A stretch of DNA of 64,000 nucleotides, taken from assembly GCF_006345805.1 (NCBI RefSeq), contig NC_042999.1, positions 34,596,001-34,660,000 of the forward strand, written 5' to 3'. The notes beneath the pieces were generated by a model. That model was not told the origin of the DNA, did no database searches, and saw nothing but the letters and a program-made list of their open reading frames with translations. The position numbers and the translations under genes are program-made. Origin of the DNA: Octopus sinensis (taxonomy: Eukaryota). Shown here piece after piece: positions 27,246 to 38,636 of the stretch (position 1 is its first letter; every line of letters starts with the position of its first letter).

Positions 27246-28799
27246 GTAATGTGGCAGATTTTTATACTCAGAATTTAAATATTACTGTGGTCGACTTTGC
27301 ATTTCATGTTTGGTGGGGGTCGATCACATATGTACCAGTCGAACACCAGGGTTGATGTAATCGGCTTACACCCTCCCTTGGAACTGCTGGACTTGTGTCA
27401 GAATTTGAATCAGTGTCATGTTGCTAAGGCTATGACTGTCACTAGCAATGACGTAGTATTATATGCCATGATTTTGCTAATCGTTTTAGGTACCCTGATA
27501 GACACACAGAGATTCTCCTCCTCGTCCATCACTATAGATCCTATGAAACATCCATAATGTGACACCGGGATGTTTCATAGTTAAGTGCGTCTCAACTCAG
27601 TGTCGAAGTAACATATCCTCCAGTTTTATAGCTTATTTTACTGTTGCACTTAATATCGTTATTGCAATTGCTATTTTGTAGCAAACGCTCACGTTGCTGT
27701 TGTTTTTTATTGTTGTTGCTGGTGTTGATGTCGGCTGCTGTGGTTTCTTTTTGTTGTTGCCTTCTTTGAAGTGAACTGAAAGCCTTGAGATTGTTGGTTT
27801 GTGTTACCACATAAGTGCTAAGTTACGAATAGTCATATGAAATGTAGCAGATTCATCAGATCAAAGACGGTTTCTTTTCTTTCACAGTCTGCTGGGAATA
27901 AATCCATCCCTGCACCCAAACAAATTTTGCTCTGTATCACTTGTTTTTTCACTATTTATTCCAATTGTTTCCTTTGTCTTTCCTCTTTCCGGATTCGATA
28001 AAATAATGCATGCATCTATTGGAATCTGCTGGGGTCGATGTAATCGAGGAATTTGTTTCCTCTCCAAAATGCTGGTATTGTACATTAATAAGATTTCTAT
28101 TCATATGTAACATCCACAGAAAACATCAACGCATATTGTAATATTTCGTGCTAAGTCGTCTAAAACTGTATAAAAGCTTTTGCCGTATACAGAATAAGAG
28201 TTATCATTCGTTCTATAATCCTGATCCCTAATCCACTCGCATCAAAAACGTTTGGGAGTGGGTATTTTAAATATAGCAATAACTTTCTTTTTCCATGCCA
28301 GATGGTTGCGTGACTTCCCCTAAACATATCAAGTTTCGTTTCTGTCATTATTCCAGCGTGTACGTTGTCACAAACATCATGTTCTTTAAAAGGTATTTAT
28401 CTTACAGCAAACTTCCATCAAGTATAGCCTTTTATGCGAGTCTTTAAATCTATCGCTTCTCTTGCAAAAATGTATATGCTACGTCTTGAGTAAAACTTAA
28501 GAAGCCCCACACACCACATATATTGACATTATAACGATATCTGTATCAGAAGAAATAGACCGATAACTATCGTGCCTACCTTTGCTACCACGAATTTAAT
28601 AGCATATTTAGAATATTAATTGAACTAGGAGTATCGAATAACAGTTGATATAGATCTCTACTCAAGGATATTGATAAAATATATTTATCAGAAGAACAAA
28701 GTAAAAATATGGACCAATTCATTAAGAAGTTAGCACGTGGATAATTGGCACAAACCATGGAATAGCCTGGCATGTAGTACCAACAAGTTTATGATATCC

Positions 28800-29430
28800 C
28801 ACTGTGAGGATTACCTTTCATGCAAATCAAAAGCAAGAGATCCCCGGCATCTACATACAGCATAAAATGCAGAAAACGTTGAATGACAGCAAATGTAAGC
28901 TGTGCAAGACCAAGAGAGAAGACATCAACCACATTATTGCCAACTGTGTGAAAATGTCTTGCAGATATTATCTTCCTATGAGGTACGATGATGTAACCTG
29001 AGCGGTCTGGAACATAATAATAAAAATAGAACACCTACGGACGAAGTTAACAAGATTGACACCGATGCATTCCAAAAAGTCTAGTGGATCTTAAAAATTA
29101 AAATAGGCACCAAGTTAAAACATAACCAACCACGTAGCGTTTTGTTGGGCAACAAGGGGGAGATACGCTTTGTTAGAGAAATCAGCTACCCTCTGGACAC
29201 CAACGTGGTTCGAAAAATTCAAGAGGACATCAATAGACAATTAATAAGGTGTTTGAAAGTATACTCCCCAAGATACACTTTCAGCTTCATACTTATTATT
29301 GTTGGAGCAACAGGATACATACCATCCCTTTTGGAGCAAGGTATAGTTGAATTCGGGTTCCTGTTAAGAAAAGGTAAATACTTGATTCATAGTCTAGAAA
29401 TAACCAGGATATCTGGGACTATATAAATTT
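28800..29430 (+). mobile_element. Old RLE-type non-LTR retrotransposon remnant
   Basis: CKLCKTKREDINHIIANC (CCHC knuckle), YLPMRYDDV (RHD-like), EISYPLDTNV...IIVGATGYI (RLE C-terminus). Confidence 0.65.
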
Positions 29431-29865
29431 GCAAGATCTTAATGATGATGAACAAAACCAACCTTGCTGCGGAGTATGAGGCCGGTCAAAAATTACTCTA
29501 AATTAAAAAGAGAAGAAACATACACACATGCATGCATACATACATACATACATACATACATACATACATACATACATACATACATACATACATACATAAT
29601 TTTTGCCCACAATAAACATTCACTAAGCATTTCTGTTCTTATTTCTTTTTCTGTTTTGAGCGATGGATTGCTAACTAAAAGGTTGAGACACTTGCTTTTC
29701 CCCAAACAATAGTTATATTGATGTTTTATTTTTAATCATTCTTCATATTTGTGAATTTGTATTTCTATTTGGATATTCCATTAACAACATTAACAATGTG
29801 TCGCCAACTATTTAGATTAAGACTGGGTTTATACTAATATTATTTATGAAATAGACAGATATATA

Positions 29866-30038
<173 letters not shown>

Positions 30039-30520
30039 ACCGGTACTGCTGACATATATCTAAGATTTAGTTATTAACCTTATACGACTGTACTAAGCCG
30101 CCCTAATGTTTTTTTTCTCTCTCCTTTATGAGAATTCTACAACGTTATTAATGTCTGCTTTATTAAATCCTAAGTATTTGTAATCTGTGTTCGGTATAAT
30201 TCTATGTCTATTTCTGTAGGCAATATAATATTACTGTTTTTATTAATAATTTTCCCTCATTACAAGATAAACTACGAGACATTTCCTGACCAAAATTCAC
30301 GCTGATTTTCTTTGACATTATCTAGCATTATTAATTCCTGGTGATTTTTGTATACTTAGTATACCATTTTAAACCGATGCGAAGCGTTGAGATCTAGTTG
30401 TCATCACAGTGTAGCTTAAATATATTTGCATAAAAAACAAGCTAGAGAAATAATTACTGGAATAGTCTTTCACTCATTAGTTTCGGTTAACTTTTGATCC
30501 AACACTGGAATTACAGATTT

Positions 30521-30860
30521 CCGGCGTCGTTGCGCGGGTCGGTGCGGGTGCCACGAGGTCGGTGCGGGAGTCGTCGGGCGCCGCCGTTCGCGTTGCGGTA
30601 GCGCGTCCACCTCCTGGTCGTTTCAGCCCGCACGGTTCCTTCGAGGGTGCTCTTCGTCGAGTGTCCGAGGTGGCCGGTACGTTGACTGTAAAAAAATTAG
30701 AGTGCTCAGAGCGAGCCCCGCCGGCTTACATACGAAAAGCATGGAATGATGGAAAATGGCCTCGTCCGCGCGTCATCACTCGGTCTCCGTTCACGACGAG
30801 GCAATGATGGAAAGGAGCGATCGGGGCCACTCGTATTGCGACGTTAGAGGTGAAATTCTT
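30521..30860 (+). rRNA. Orphan 18S rRNA gene fragment (V4 region and following conserved block), non-functional
   Basis: GC-rich island with 18S-type motifs AAAAAATTAGAGTGCTCA, GCATGGAATGATGGAA, and CGTATTGCGACGTTAGAGGTGAAATTCTT. It ends abruptly in AT-rich DNA on both sides. Confidence 0.88.
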
Positions 30861-31039
30861 AATTTATGTTATTGCCATTAATACTTTTTTTATGAACAGG
30901 TTGATGTTCTCCAATGCTGTTGACGGTTTATCAAAGTTAAACGGTCAACCGCATTGGAGAGCATAAATGTTAAAATTGTAGTCGAGAAAAACTTACCTGA
31001 CATGAAGCACTGGAAGCCATCTGAATATTAGAAAAGATT

Positions 31040-31610
31040 TACCTGTAGCGTGATGATTCACGATGGGTCTCAAAATATTGACATAATTACTGCTGCTCAA
31101 TGCCCTGTGATCATTGCAAAGGCTGTATGGCCTGACATGGACAGCCACAGCGGAGACGATGAAACTGTAGCCAGCCAGAAGGGAACACAACAAGCGTTCC
31201 AAACCTTTGAGCAGGACCTTAGGATTAATTCAGGTCGCTATGTGCAGTTGCTGAAGATTTTGGTCAAATCCTAGTTGCAGGGTGTTGCTGCTTTAATGTC
31301 ACGAGTATGGCATCGGATTTCCTCTCCTACATATAGTTGCGTAAAGAGTTAGAAATAATTGTCGGAGAATTTCTACTATTTCACCATACTCATTTTCTGG
31401 CCTCCTAATTCCCCCAGTTTTAATACTGTGGATAACTATGTGTAGGGTCTAGTTCATTAAGATACTGACTACGCTGCCTCCCATGCTGAGACTGACATGA
31501 TGGCCAAGAACATGGTAGTGTTCCCAAGGAAACAGGGAGAACTTCATGCGCCAAATCTGGGCAACGACTCGAGGTTGTGGTGCAGGGCGAGTGAGGCTAC
31601 TTGAGTAACT
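31040..31610 (+). mobile_element. Degenerate DD37D-like Tc1/mariner transposase remnant
   Basis: RINSGRYVQLLKILVKS*LQGVAA...VWH...FWPPNSPSFNTVDNYV*G, collinear with the 8731-9568 family C-terminus. Confidence 0.65.
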
Positions 31611-31814
31611 TGTTTTCTCTCAGCCATAACCTAGTTTATATTTTCTTATTATTAAAATATTTTCGGTTAGGGAAGGAATACTGTGTTCTCTCTTTAATGC
31701 AAACTGTCAGGTTTTCCGCGACAATACCCTTTATATCCGCACACACACAAACACACATATGTATATGTGTGTCTGTGTATATATATATACATATATAGTT
31801 CTGTATTTATCAGA

Positions 31815-32004
31815 TGAGGAATTACGTACACCATTTACATTATTTACATTTGACGGATATTTGTCCCCATCTTGTTTGTTGTTAACACAACTTTTTGGCT
31901 GATACACACTCCACCCTTCATCAGGTGTCTTAGGGAAATTTCCAACCAGGGTTCTCATTCGTAAGGTATTTTTTGATGTTGATGTTATTATTATTATTAT
32001 TATG

Positions 32005-32074
<70 letters not shown>

Positions 32075-32120
32075 CATTATTATTATTATTATTATTATCA
32101 TTATTATTATTATTATTATA

Positions 32121-32167
<47 letters not shown>

Positions 32168-32290
32168 TCAGATCACTGCCTGGAATCGTACTCGGAATCT
32201 GATGGAGGCTGGACGGTATATCAGCCGAAGTGTTGTGTTAATAACAAAGAAAATGAGGACAAATATCCGTCACGTGTAAATAATGTATAC
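31815..32290 (-). mobile_element. SINE-like element (B-box remnant + (TAA)n + hammerhead family 1) with an inverted copy of its 3' end at the 5' side
   Basis: Minus strand: GAGTACGATTCCAGGCAGTG (B-box-like), (TAA)n, CCTTACGAATGAGAACCCTGGTTGGAAATTTCCCTAAGACAC-CTGATGA...; 31836-31925 is inverted at 32199-32286; homologue at 53380-53515. Confidence 0.72.
31884..31929 (-). ncRNA. Degenerate minimal type I hammerhead (family 1)
   Basis: GACAC-CTGATGA-A-GGGTGG...TCAGCC-AAAAAGTT-GTGTT. Stem I is intact but GAAAC is mutated to AAAAA. Confidence 0.55.
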
Positions 32291-32339
<49 letters not shown>

Positions 32340-32364
32340 TGTATGTATGTATGTATATATATAT

Positions 32365-32437
<73 letters not shown>

Positions 32438-32453
32438 GTATATATATATATAT

Positions 32454-32487
<34 letters not shown>

Positions 32488-32566
32488 ATACATAGAAATT
32501 CGGGGTGAGTACTTGATAATTATAAGCACCTGTGTATACCGTTTGGTGGTGTAGGTGGTGGAGTAA

Positions 32567-34201
32567 ATTGATCAAAATAAAAACATGATGCGAAGGATTC
32601 AGCGGTACATATGTTTCGGGCCTTTATTAGACAGATTTATAACAATGCATAATGTATGTCTGTGGCCTTCTTCAGCCGCACACAACAGCTTCCACAAGGA
32701 CATGTGTTACATCAAAAATTCTTGGTTGGGGATGCAAATCCTCTCATTCGCGTACGACATAATGCGGCATCAGCATAGAATTGAAGCGTCCATCTCTTTC
32801 TTCTCTCAATGTAGAATGAGGACATTTGGATGTTGAAGTAATGTAAATAAATAAATACATATATAGACGTGGAGATGGAGGGGCGAGAATTTAGGACGAG
32901 GGATAAAAAATGTATAAAAAGTGTAAGTATAGAAAAATATAAAAATGTAGAGTATAAAGATATAAAGGGATATAAGGAGATGTAAAGGGGGTATAAAGAA
33001 TATAAAGAAATATAAAGAAATATAAATAAATGTAAAGGCATAAGGTTATAAAGTAAAAATAGAAATAGAAATAAAAGTAAAAAGTAAAAAAATAAAAATA
33101 GGAATAAACATGATAAAAATGTAAAAAAATATAAAGATAAGGGATGTATAGAATTTACGGACCAAACATGGTGGTCAGGAGATTGATAAAATTTAGTTGT
33201 AGAAGTTTTGGGTGTCAATAAATCAACAGTGTCGTCTGGGGACCTAATGTGTTGTAAATCAGAGCTGTTGAGCGTTTATCTGGTTCTTTGAATAATTGGT
33301 CATCTAGTACATACATACCATCATGGATACATACACCCATATACACGCGTACATATACGCCTCCAAGCCTATAAGCATACACACGCACTCACGTGTAAAC
33401 ATGTACATAAACACACACACACCCACACGCACGCGCGTACATATACATACATACAACAGAATATCCGCATGTATACACGGACATTATACGTGTACACACC
33501 CATATGTACATACGTGCGCCCATCCATACATACACATACGCATATGCCCACGCTTCCAGGTTTAGATATAAGATATTAAAGGATGTATATAAGAACGTAT
33601 GTCAAGAATCACGCACTCACGTCTACACGTGCACGCACACACGGCTGTGTGTCCATATGTGCGTGCACATATACACTTACATACACACACAGAGACATAC
33701 GCGCATATGGGTATAGCTATAAGATATTAAAAGATGTATACAAATAGGTGTAAACATATGAATATAATAAAACATGTAAAAAAAGAAATACGGGGTATGT
33801 ACATCCAGACGTAGATGTTTACTCGTACATATGTACATATATGTATACGTATACATACGTACACGGACGCTCGTATAATCATAAAGTGGATCCATAGGTA
33901 AGTAAATAAGGGATAAGCAAAAACAATAGACATATATAGAGATATAAAGCGATACGTTAGGGGTAAGAATTAGGGTAAGGGTAAAAATTAGAAATAAAAG
34001 TAAGAAATACAGTATAAAATAAGAAATACAATGTAAAGGTTAGAAATGAAATATAAACATTATAAAAATTATAAGAATTAAGATAAGGGATGAAAGTAAA
34101 AATGAGAATAAATCGAAGTAGAATAAAAGTAAAAATAAAAGCAAAAATAAAAATAAAATAAAATAAAATAAAATAAAAATATAATTTGGTAAAGTTTAAC
34201 A
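32567..34201 (-). repeat. Left arm of 1.63-kb inverted repeat (inverted copy of PLE 3' UTR/pLTR)
   Basis: Reverse complement of 36555-38187. Boundaries read directly (ATTGATC/GATCAAT outer, TTTAACA/TGTTAAA inner); mirrored ORFs appear in the track. Confidence 0.95.
32602..32679 (-). ncRNA. Hammerhead ribozyme (family 2), left-arm copy
   Basis: Reverse complement of 38075-38152 with all core residues conserved. Confidence 0.78.
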
Positions 34202-36054
34202 GACTTAGCAAGACTATCTTGGACAAGGTGATCCCACGCATCAAACCCCACATACCACTCCAACTATGGATTAACACCGACGATGTGCTAGAATGGTTTA
34301 ACACTATCACCAATAGGCCCAACTACTCATTCATCCAATTCGACATAGCTAGCTACTACGCCAGTATATCCCCCATCTTACTTAACAAATCCCTTATATT
34401 TGCCCGCAACCTTTCACTCATAGACAGAGAAAAAATTGACATAATACTATTAGCTAGAAAAACCATAATAGAATTCGACGGTAGACTTTGGACCAGATCC
34501 GATACCCACGACAATTTTGATGTGGCTATGGGCTCGAGCGATTCAGCTCAGGTGACTGACTTGGTCGGGGCCTACCTGCTCAAGAAGCTTTTCTCCGAAG
34601 TACCGGATCTTCAGTGGGGTCTATACAGAGACGACGCTCTCTTCATATACCCCACCAACAATAGGAGTAAACTAGAAAGAATTAGGAAAGAGATCAGGCT
34701 TTTTTTCAAATCCTTCAATCTTAAACTAGAATTTATGACCAATACTAAAATAGTAAACTTCTTAGATGTTACGTTAGACTTGAATAAGCACCTTCACCAC
34801 CCGTATAGGAAACCCGAAGAAACTACCAAATACATCCATACCTCTTCCAACCATCCACCCTGTATAATTAGCACCACGGTCCAAGCCATCTCAGACAGAC
34901 TTACAAAACTATCCTCTAATAGAAAAATTTTCAATAATCACGCACAACACTACAACCAGGCTCTCTATAGTGCCGGGTATAACCAGAGAATATCATATGT
35001 AGACCAACCGGGAACGTCCGTCGGCCATAAAACTCCCAATTATAATCGAACTCAGCACTCAACTCACACTAGCGATAATTCTAATTTAAACTCCAAACAA
35101 CGTATAGGAAATAGGCGAACTAATAGAATAGCACACAATAGTAACCCTCCCGACGAGAGCAATATAGATCCTATTAGGAGAAATAGAAGGGATAATAGTA
35201 GATTACGCAAATATATATGGTTCAACATACCTTACAACTTAGCAGTTAGGGGTAAGTTATGTAAGAGAATATTCTCTATCATTTCCAACAACTTCCCACC
35301 CACCCATAAGTATAGAAGCATCTTCTCCAACAAAACCATTAGGATTTCCTACTCTACCCTGCCCAACATGAGCTGCCTCATAGCTAAACATAACTATATT
35401 AATATTAGAACAGCTAGATCAAGAGCAAACTATAGCGACCAACAGAACCCCCCTCATCTAGATAGTAGACAATATAACCAGACTGGCAGCCACACTACCC
35501 AAACAGTTAGTAATAACACCCGCCAACACAACAGAGGAAACACTACACCCATCAACAACCAGGAGGATATAAACGCCCCCACTCGTATTGCAACACCTCC
35601 GCCTGGGATTAGCAGCACACGACCGAATAATGCAATGCAATGCAACTGCAGATGTGCATCAGAGTGCCCGCTACAGGGCGCATGTACGGCGAAAAACGTA
35701 ATATATTCATGTGAGGTGAGTACCCAGTTTAACACACTCACCTACATAGGTTGCTCAACCTCCTGGAAATCCAGATACTACAACCACCGGTCCTCGCTGA
35801 AACACAGACATAAGGCTAACAGCACCTCCCTTTCTAAAAGAATTTGGGAATTAAAAGACAAATGCATAGGCTTCAAACTCATCGGATCAGCTGCACCTTA
35901 TTTAAATAATAGAGCAGGATGCCAACTATGTTGTGTAGAACTCCTGAACATATTGAAATTCAAAGACAAACACAATCTTATTAACAAAAGGTCAGAGTTC
36001 AAACCATCCTGTATACACAAACTTATTAATACTTTCAAATACTACAAAGCTTAG
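34186..36054 (+). CDS. Penelope-like element RT + GIY-YIG endonuclease (Neptune/Nematis-like), 5'-truncated, open 622 aa
   Basis: FIQFDIASYY, DVAMGSSDSAQVTDLVG, GLYRDDA, FLDVTL, HPYRKP, YIHTSSNHPP, Cys-rich CNCR...CPLQGAC, VIY...YIG...RYYNHRSS...SLSKRIWELK, CQLC..E...NKRSE. The first ~5 codons come from the inverted arm. Confidence 0.93.
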   Translation: MVKFNRLSKTILDKVIPRIKPHIPLQLWINTDDVLEWFNTITNRPNYSFIQFDIASYYASISPILLNKSLIFARNLSLIDREKIDIILLARKTIIEFDGRLWTRSDTHDNFDVAMGSSDSAQVTDLVGAYLLKKLFSEVPDLQWGLYRDDALFIYPTNNRSKLERIRKEIRLFFKSFNLKLEFMTNTKIVNFLDVTLDLNKHLHHPYRKPEETTKYIHTSSNHPPCIISTTVQAISDRLTKLSSNRKIFNNHAQHYNQALYSAGYNQRISYVDQPGTSVGHKTPNYNRTQHSTHTSDNSNLNSKQRIGNRRTNRIAHNSNPPDESNIDPIRRNRRDNSRLRKYIWFNIPYNLAVRGKLCKRIFSIISNNFPPTHKYRSIFSNKTIRISYSTLPNMSCLIAKHNYINIRTARSRANYSDQQNPPHLDSRQYNQTGSHTTQTVSNNTRQHNRGNTTPINNQEDINAPTRIATPPPGISSTRPNNAMQCNCRCASECPLQGACTAKNVIYSCEVSTQFNTLTYIGCSTSWKSRYYNHRSSLKHRHKANSTSLSKRIWELKDKCIGFKLIGSAAPYLNNRAGCQLCCVELLNILKFKDKHNLINKRSEFKPSCIHKLINTFKYYKA

Positions 36055-36191
36055 GTTATTATACCAACTCCCCCATGCAATTTCCTCCCACCCGGTGCAA
36101 CCTGTCGGCTCCAGCACATCCCGCTTTCCTATATGTGCGTGTATATGCGTATATGTGTGCGTATATATATGTATGTGCACATATATGTACG

Positions 36192-36243
<52 letters not shown>

Positions 36244-36554
36244 CGTGTGTGTGTGTGTGTGTGTGGGTGTGTGTATGTGCATATATGTTTCCCTGCATTT
36301 TCCTCCTATATATATACAAATTTTGTCTCCCATATATGTCTTCTTTTCCCTACATATTTCTTCTCCTACACCCATATCCTTCCTATATAGTCTCTTTATT
36401 TCCCTATATCTATACCCTTTCACATTTCTAACTCGGATGTTGAACGCACACCTCCAAACTCCACTTCCCACCCTTCCAATTCTCAGTTCCCCCCGCCCGC
36501 CCCTACGTAGGCACCTTTAACACACACCTCTAACTTTCAACCACCTTCATCTCA

Positions 36555-38187
36555 TGTTAAACTTTACCAAATTATATTTTTATTTTATTTTATTTTATTT
36601 TATTTTTATTTTTGCTTTTATTTTTACTTTTATTCTACTTCGATTTATTCTCATTTTTACTTTCATCCCTTATCTTAATTCTTATAATTTTTATAATTTT
36701 TATACTTCATTTCTAACCTTTACATTGTATTTCTTATTGTATACTGTATTTCTTACTTTTATTTCTAATTTTTACCCTTACCCTAATTCTTACCCCTAAC
36801 GTATCGCTTTATATCTCTATATATGTCTATTGTTTTTGCTTATCCCTTATTTACTTACCTATGGATCCACTTTATGATTATACGAGCGTCCGTGTACGTA
36901 TGTATACGTATACATATATGTACATATGTACGAGTAAACATCTACGTCTGGATGTACATACCCCGTATTTCTTTTTTTACATGTTTTATTATATTCATAT
37001 GTTTACACCTATTTGTATACATCTTTTAATATCTTATAGCTATACCCATATGCGCGTATGTCTCTGTGTGTGTATGTAAGTGTATATGTGCACGCACATA
37101 TGGACACACAGCCGTGTGTGCGTGCACGTGTAGACGTGAGTGCGTGATTCTTGACATACGTTCTTATATACATCCTTTAATATCTTATATCTAAACCTGG
37201 AAGCGTGGGCATATGCGTATGTGTATGTATGGATGGGCGCACGTATGTACATATGGGTGTGTACACGTATAATGTCCGTGTATACATGCGGATATTCTGT
37301 TGTATGTATGTATATGTACGCGCGTGCGTTGTGGGTGTGTGTGTGTTTATGTACATGTTTACACGTGAGTGCGTGTGTATGCTTATAGGCTTGGAGGCGT
37401 ATATGTACGCGTGTATATGGGTGTATGTATCCATGATGGTATGTATGTACTAGATGACAATTAATTCAAAGAACCAGATTAAACGCTCAACAGCTCTGAT
37501 TTACAACACATTAGGTCCCCAGACGACGACACTGTTGATTTATTGACACCCAAAACTTCTACAACTAAATTATCAATCTCCTGACCACCATGTTTGGTCC
37601 GTAACCTCTATACATCCCTTATCTTTATATTTTTTTACATTTTTATCATGTTTATTCCTATTTTTATTTTTTTACTTTTACTTTTATTTCTATTTCTATT
37701 TTTACTTTATAACCGTATGCCTTTACATTTATTTATATTTCTTTATATTTCTTTTATTCTTTATACCCCCTTTACATTCCTTATATCCCTTTATATCTTT
37801 ATACTCTACATTTTTATATTTTTCTATACTTACACTTTTTATACATTTTTTATCCCTCGTCCTAATTCTCGCCCCTCCATCTCCACGTCTATATATGCAT
37901 TTATTTTTTTACATTACTTCAACATCCAATTTCCTCATTCTACATTGAGAGAAGAAAGAGATGGACGCTTCAATTCTATGCTGATGCCGCATTATGTCGT
38001 ACGCGAATGAGAGGATTTGCATCCCCAACCAAGAATTTTTGATGTAACACATGTCCTTGTGGAAGCTGTTGTGCGCGGCTGAAGAAGGCCACAGACATAC
38101 ATTATGCATTGTTATAAATCTGTCTAATAAAGGCCCGAAACATATGTACCGCTGAATCCTTCGCATCATGTTTTTATTTTGATCAAT
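36555..38187 (+). repeat. Right arm of inverted repeat = distal 3' UTR/pLTR of the PLE
   Basis: See left arm; it ends in (TA)n. Confidence 0.95.
38075..38152 (+). ncRNA. Minimal type I hammerhead ribozyme (family 2) at the PLE 3' end
   Basis: Stem I GCGG/CCGC; core CTGAAGA; stem II AGGCC...GGCCC; GAA plus palindromic stem III ACATATGT; predicted cleavage after GUA (A38148). Confidence 0.8.
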
Positions 38188-38226
38188 ATATATATACATA
38201 TATATATTACATATACATATATACAT

Positions 38227-38275
<49 letters not shown>

Positions 38276-38289
38276 TATATATTATATAC

Positions 38290-38444
38290 CGGAGTAAAAG
38301 CATAAATGTGAAACAAGGTGGAAAAAAGAGTACTCAAATACCAGGGGTAGAGTAATATGCTTTATATAAAAGCAGCAGAAATTCAACAAAACCTGTTACT
38401 ACGAGTAACAGGTTTTGTTGCATTTCTGCTGCTTTTAAATAAAG
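38290..38444 (-). repeat. Repeat terminus with a 41-bp fold-back hairpin
   Basis: 38360-38400 vs 38404-38444 inverted, 2 mismatches, loop ACG; both sides flanked by TA runs. Confidence 0.85.
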
Positions 38445-38584
38445 TATATATATATATATGTATGTATGTATATATATATATGTATGTATGTGTGTTTAGA
38501 TAGAGTGATAGATGAATAGGTGGACGGACGGAGGTGTTTATAAAGATATATGTGCCTATGCGTTCATTATTATCATCATCTTCA

Positions 38585-38636
<52 letters not shown>

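Noticed and set aside
30562-30807. 81-aa GC-rich ORF as a host exon
   Set aside because: It lies within the 18S rDNA fragment.
34186-34201. ORF-track start codon as the true PLE start
   Set aside because: These bases belong to the inverted arm; the RT N-terminal region is missing.
32585-34322. Mirror-image ORF pairs (e.g. 33957-34322 minus and 36554-36799 plus) as duplicated genes
   Set aside because: They arise from the low-complexity inverted arms and have no domain motifs.
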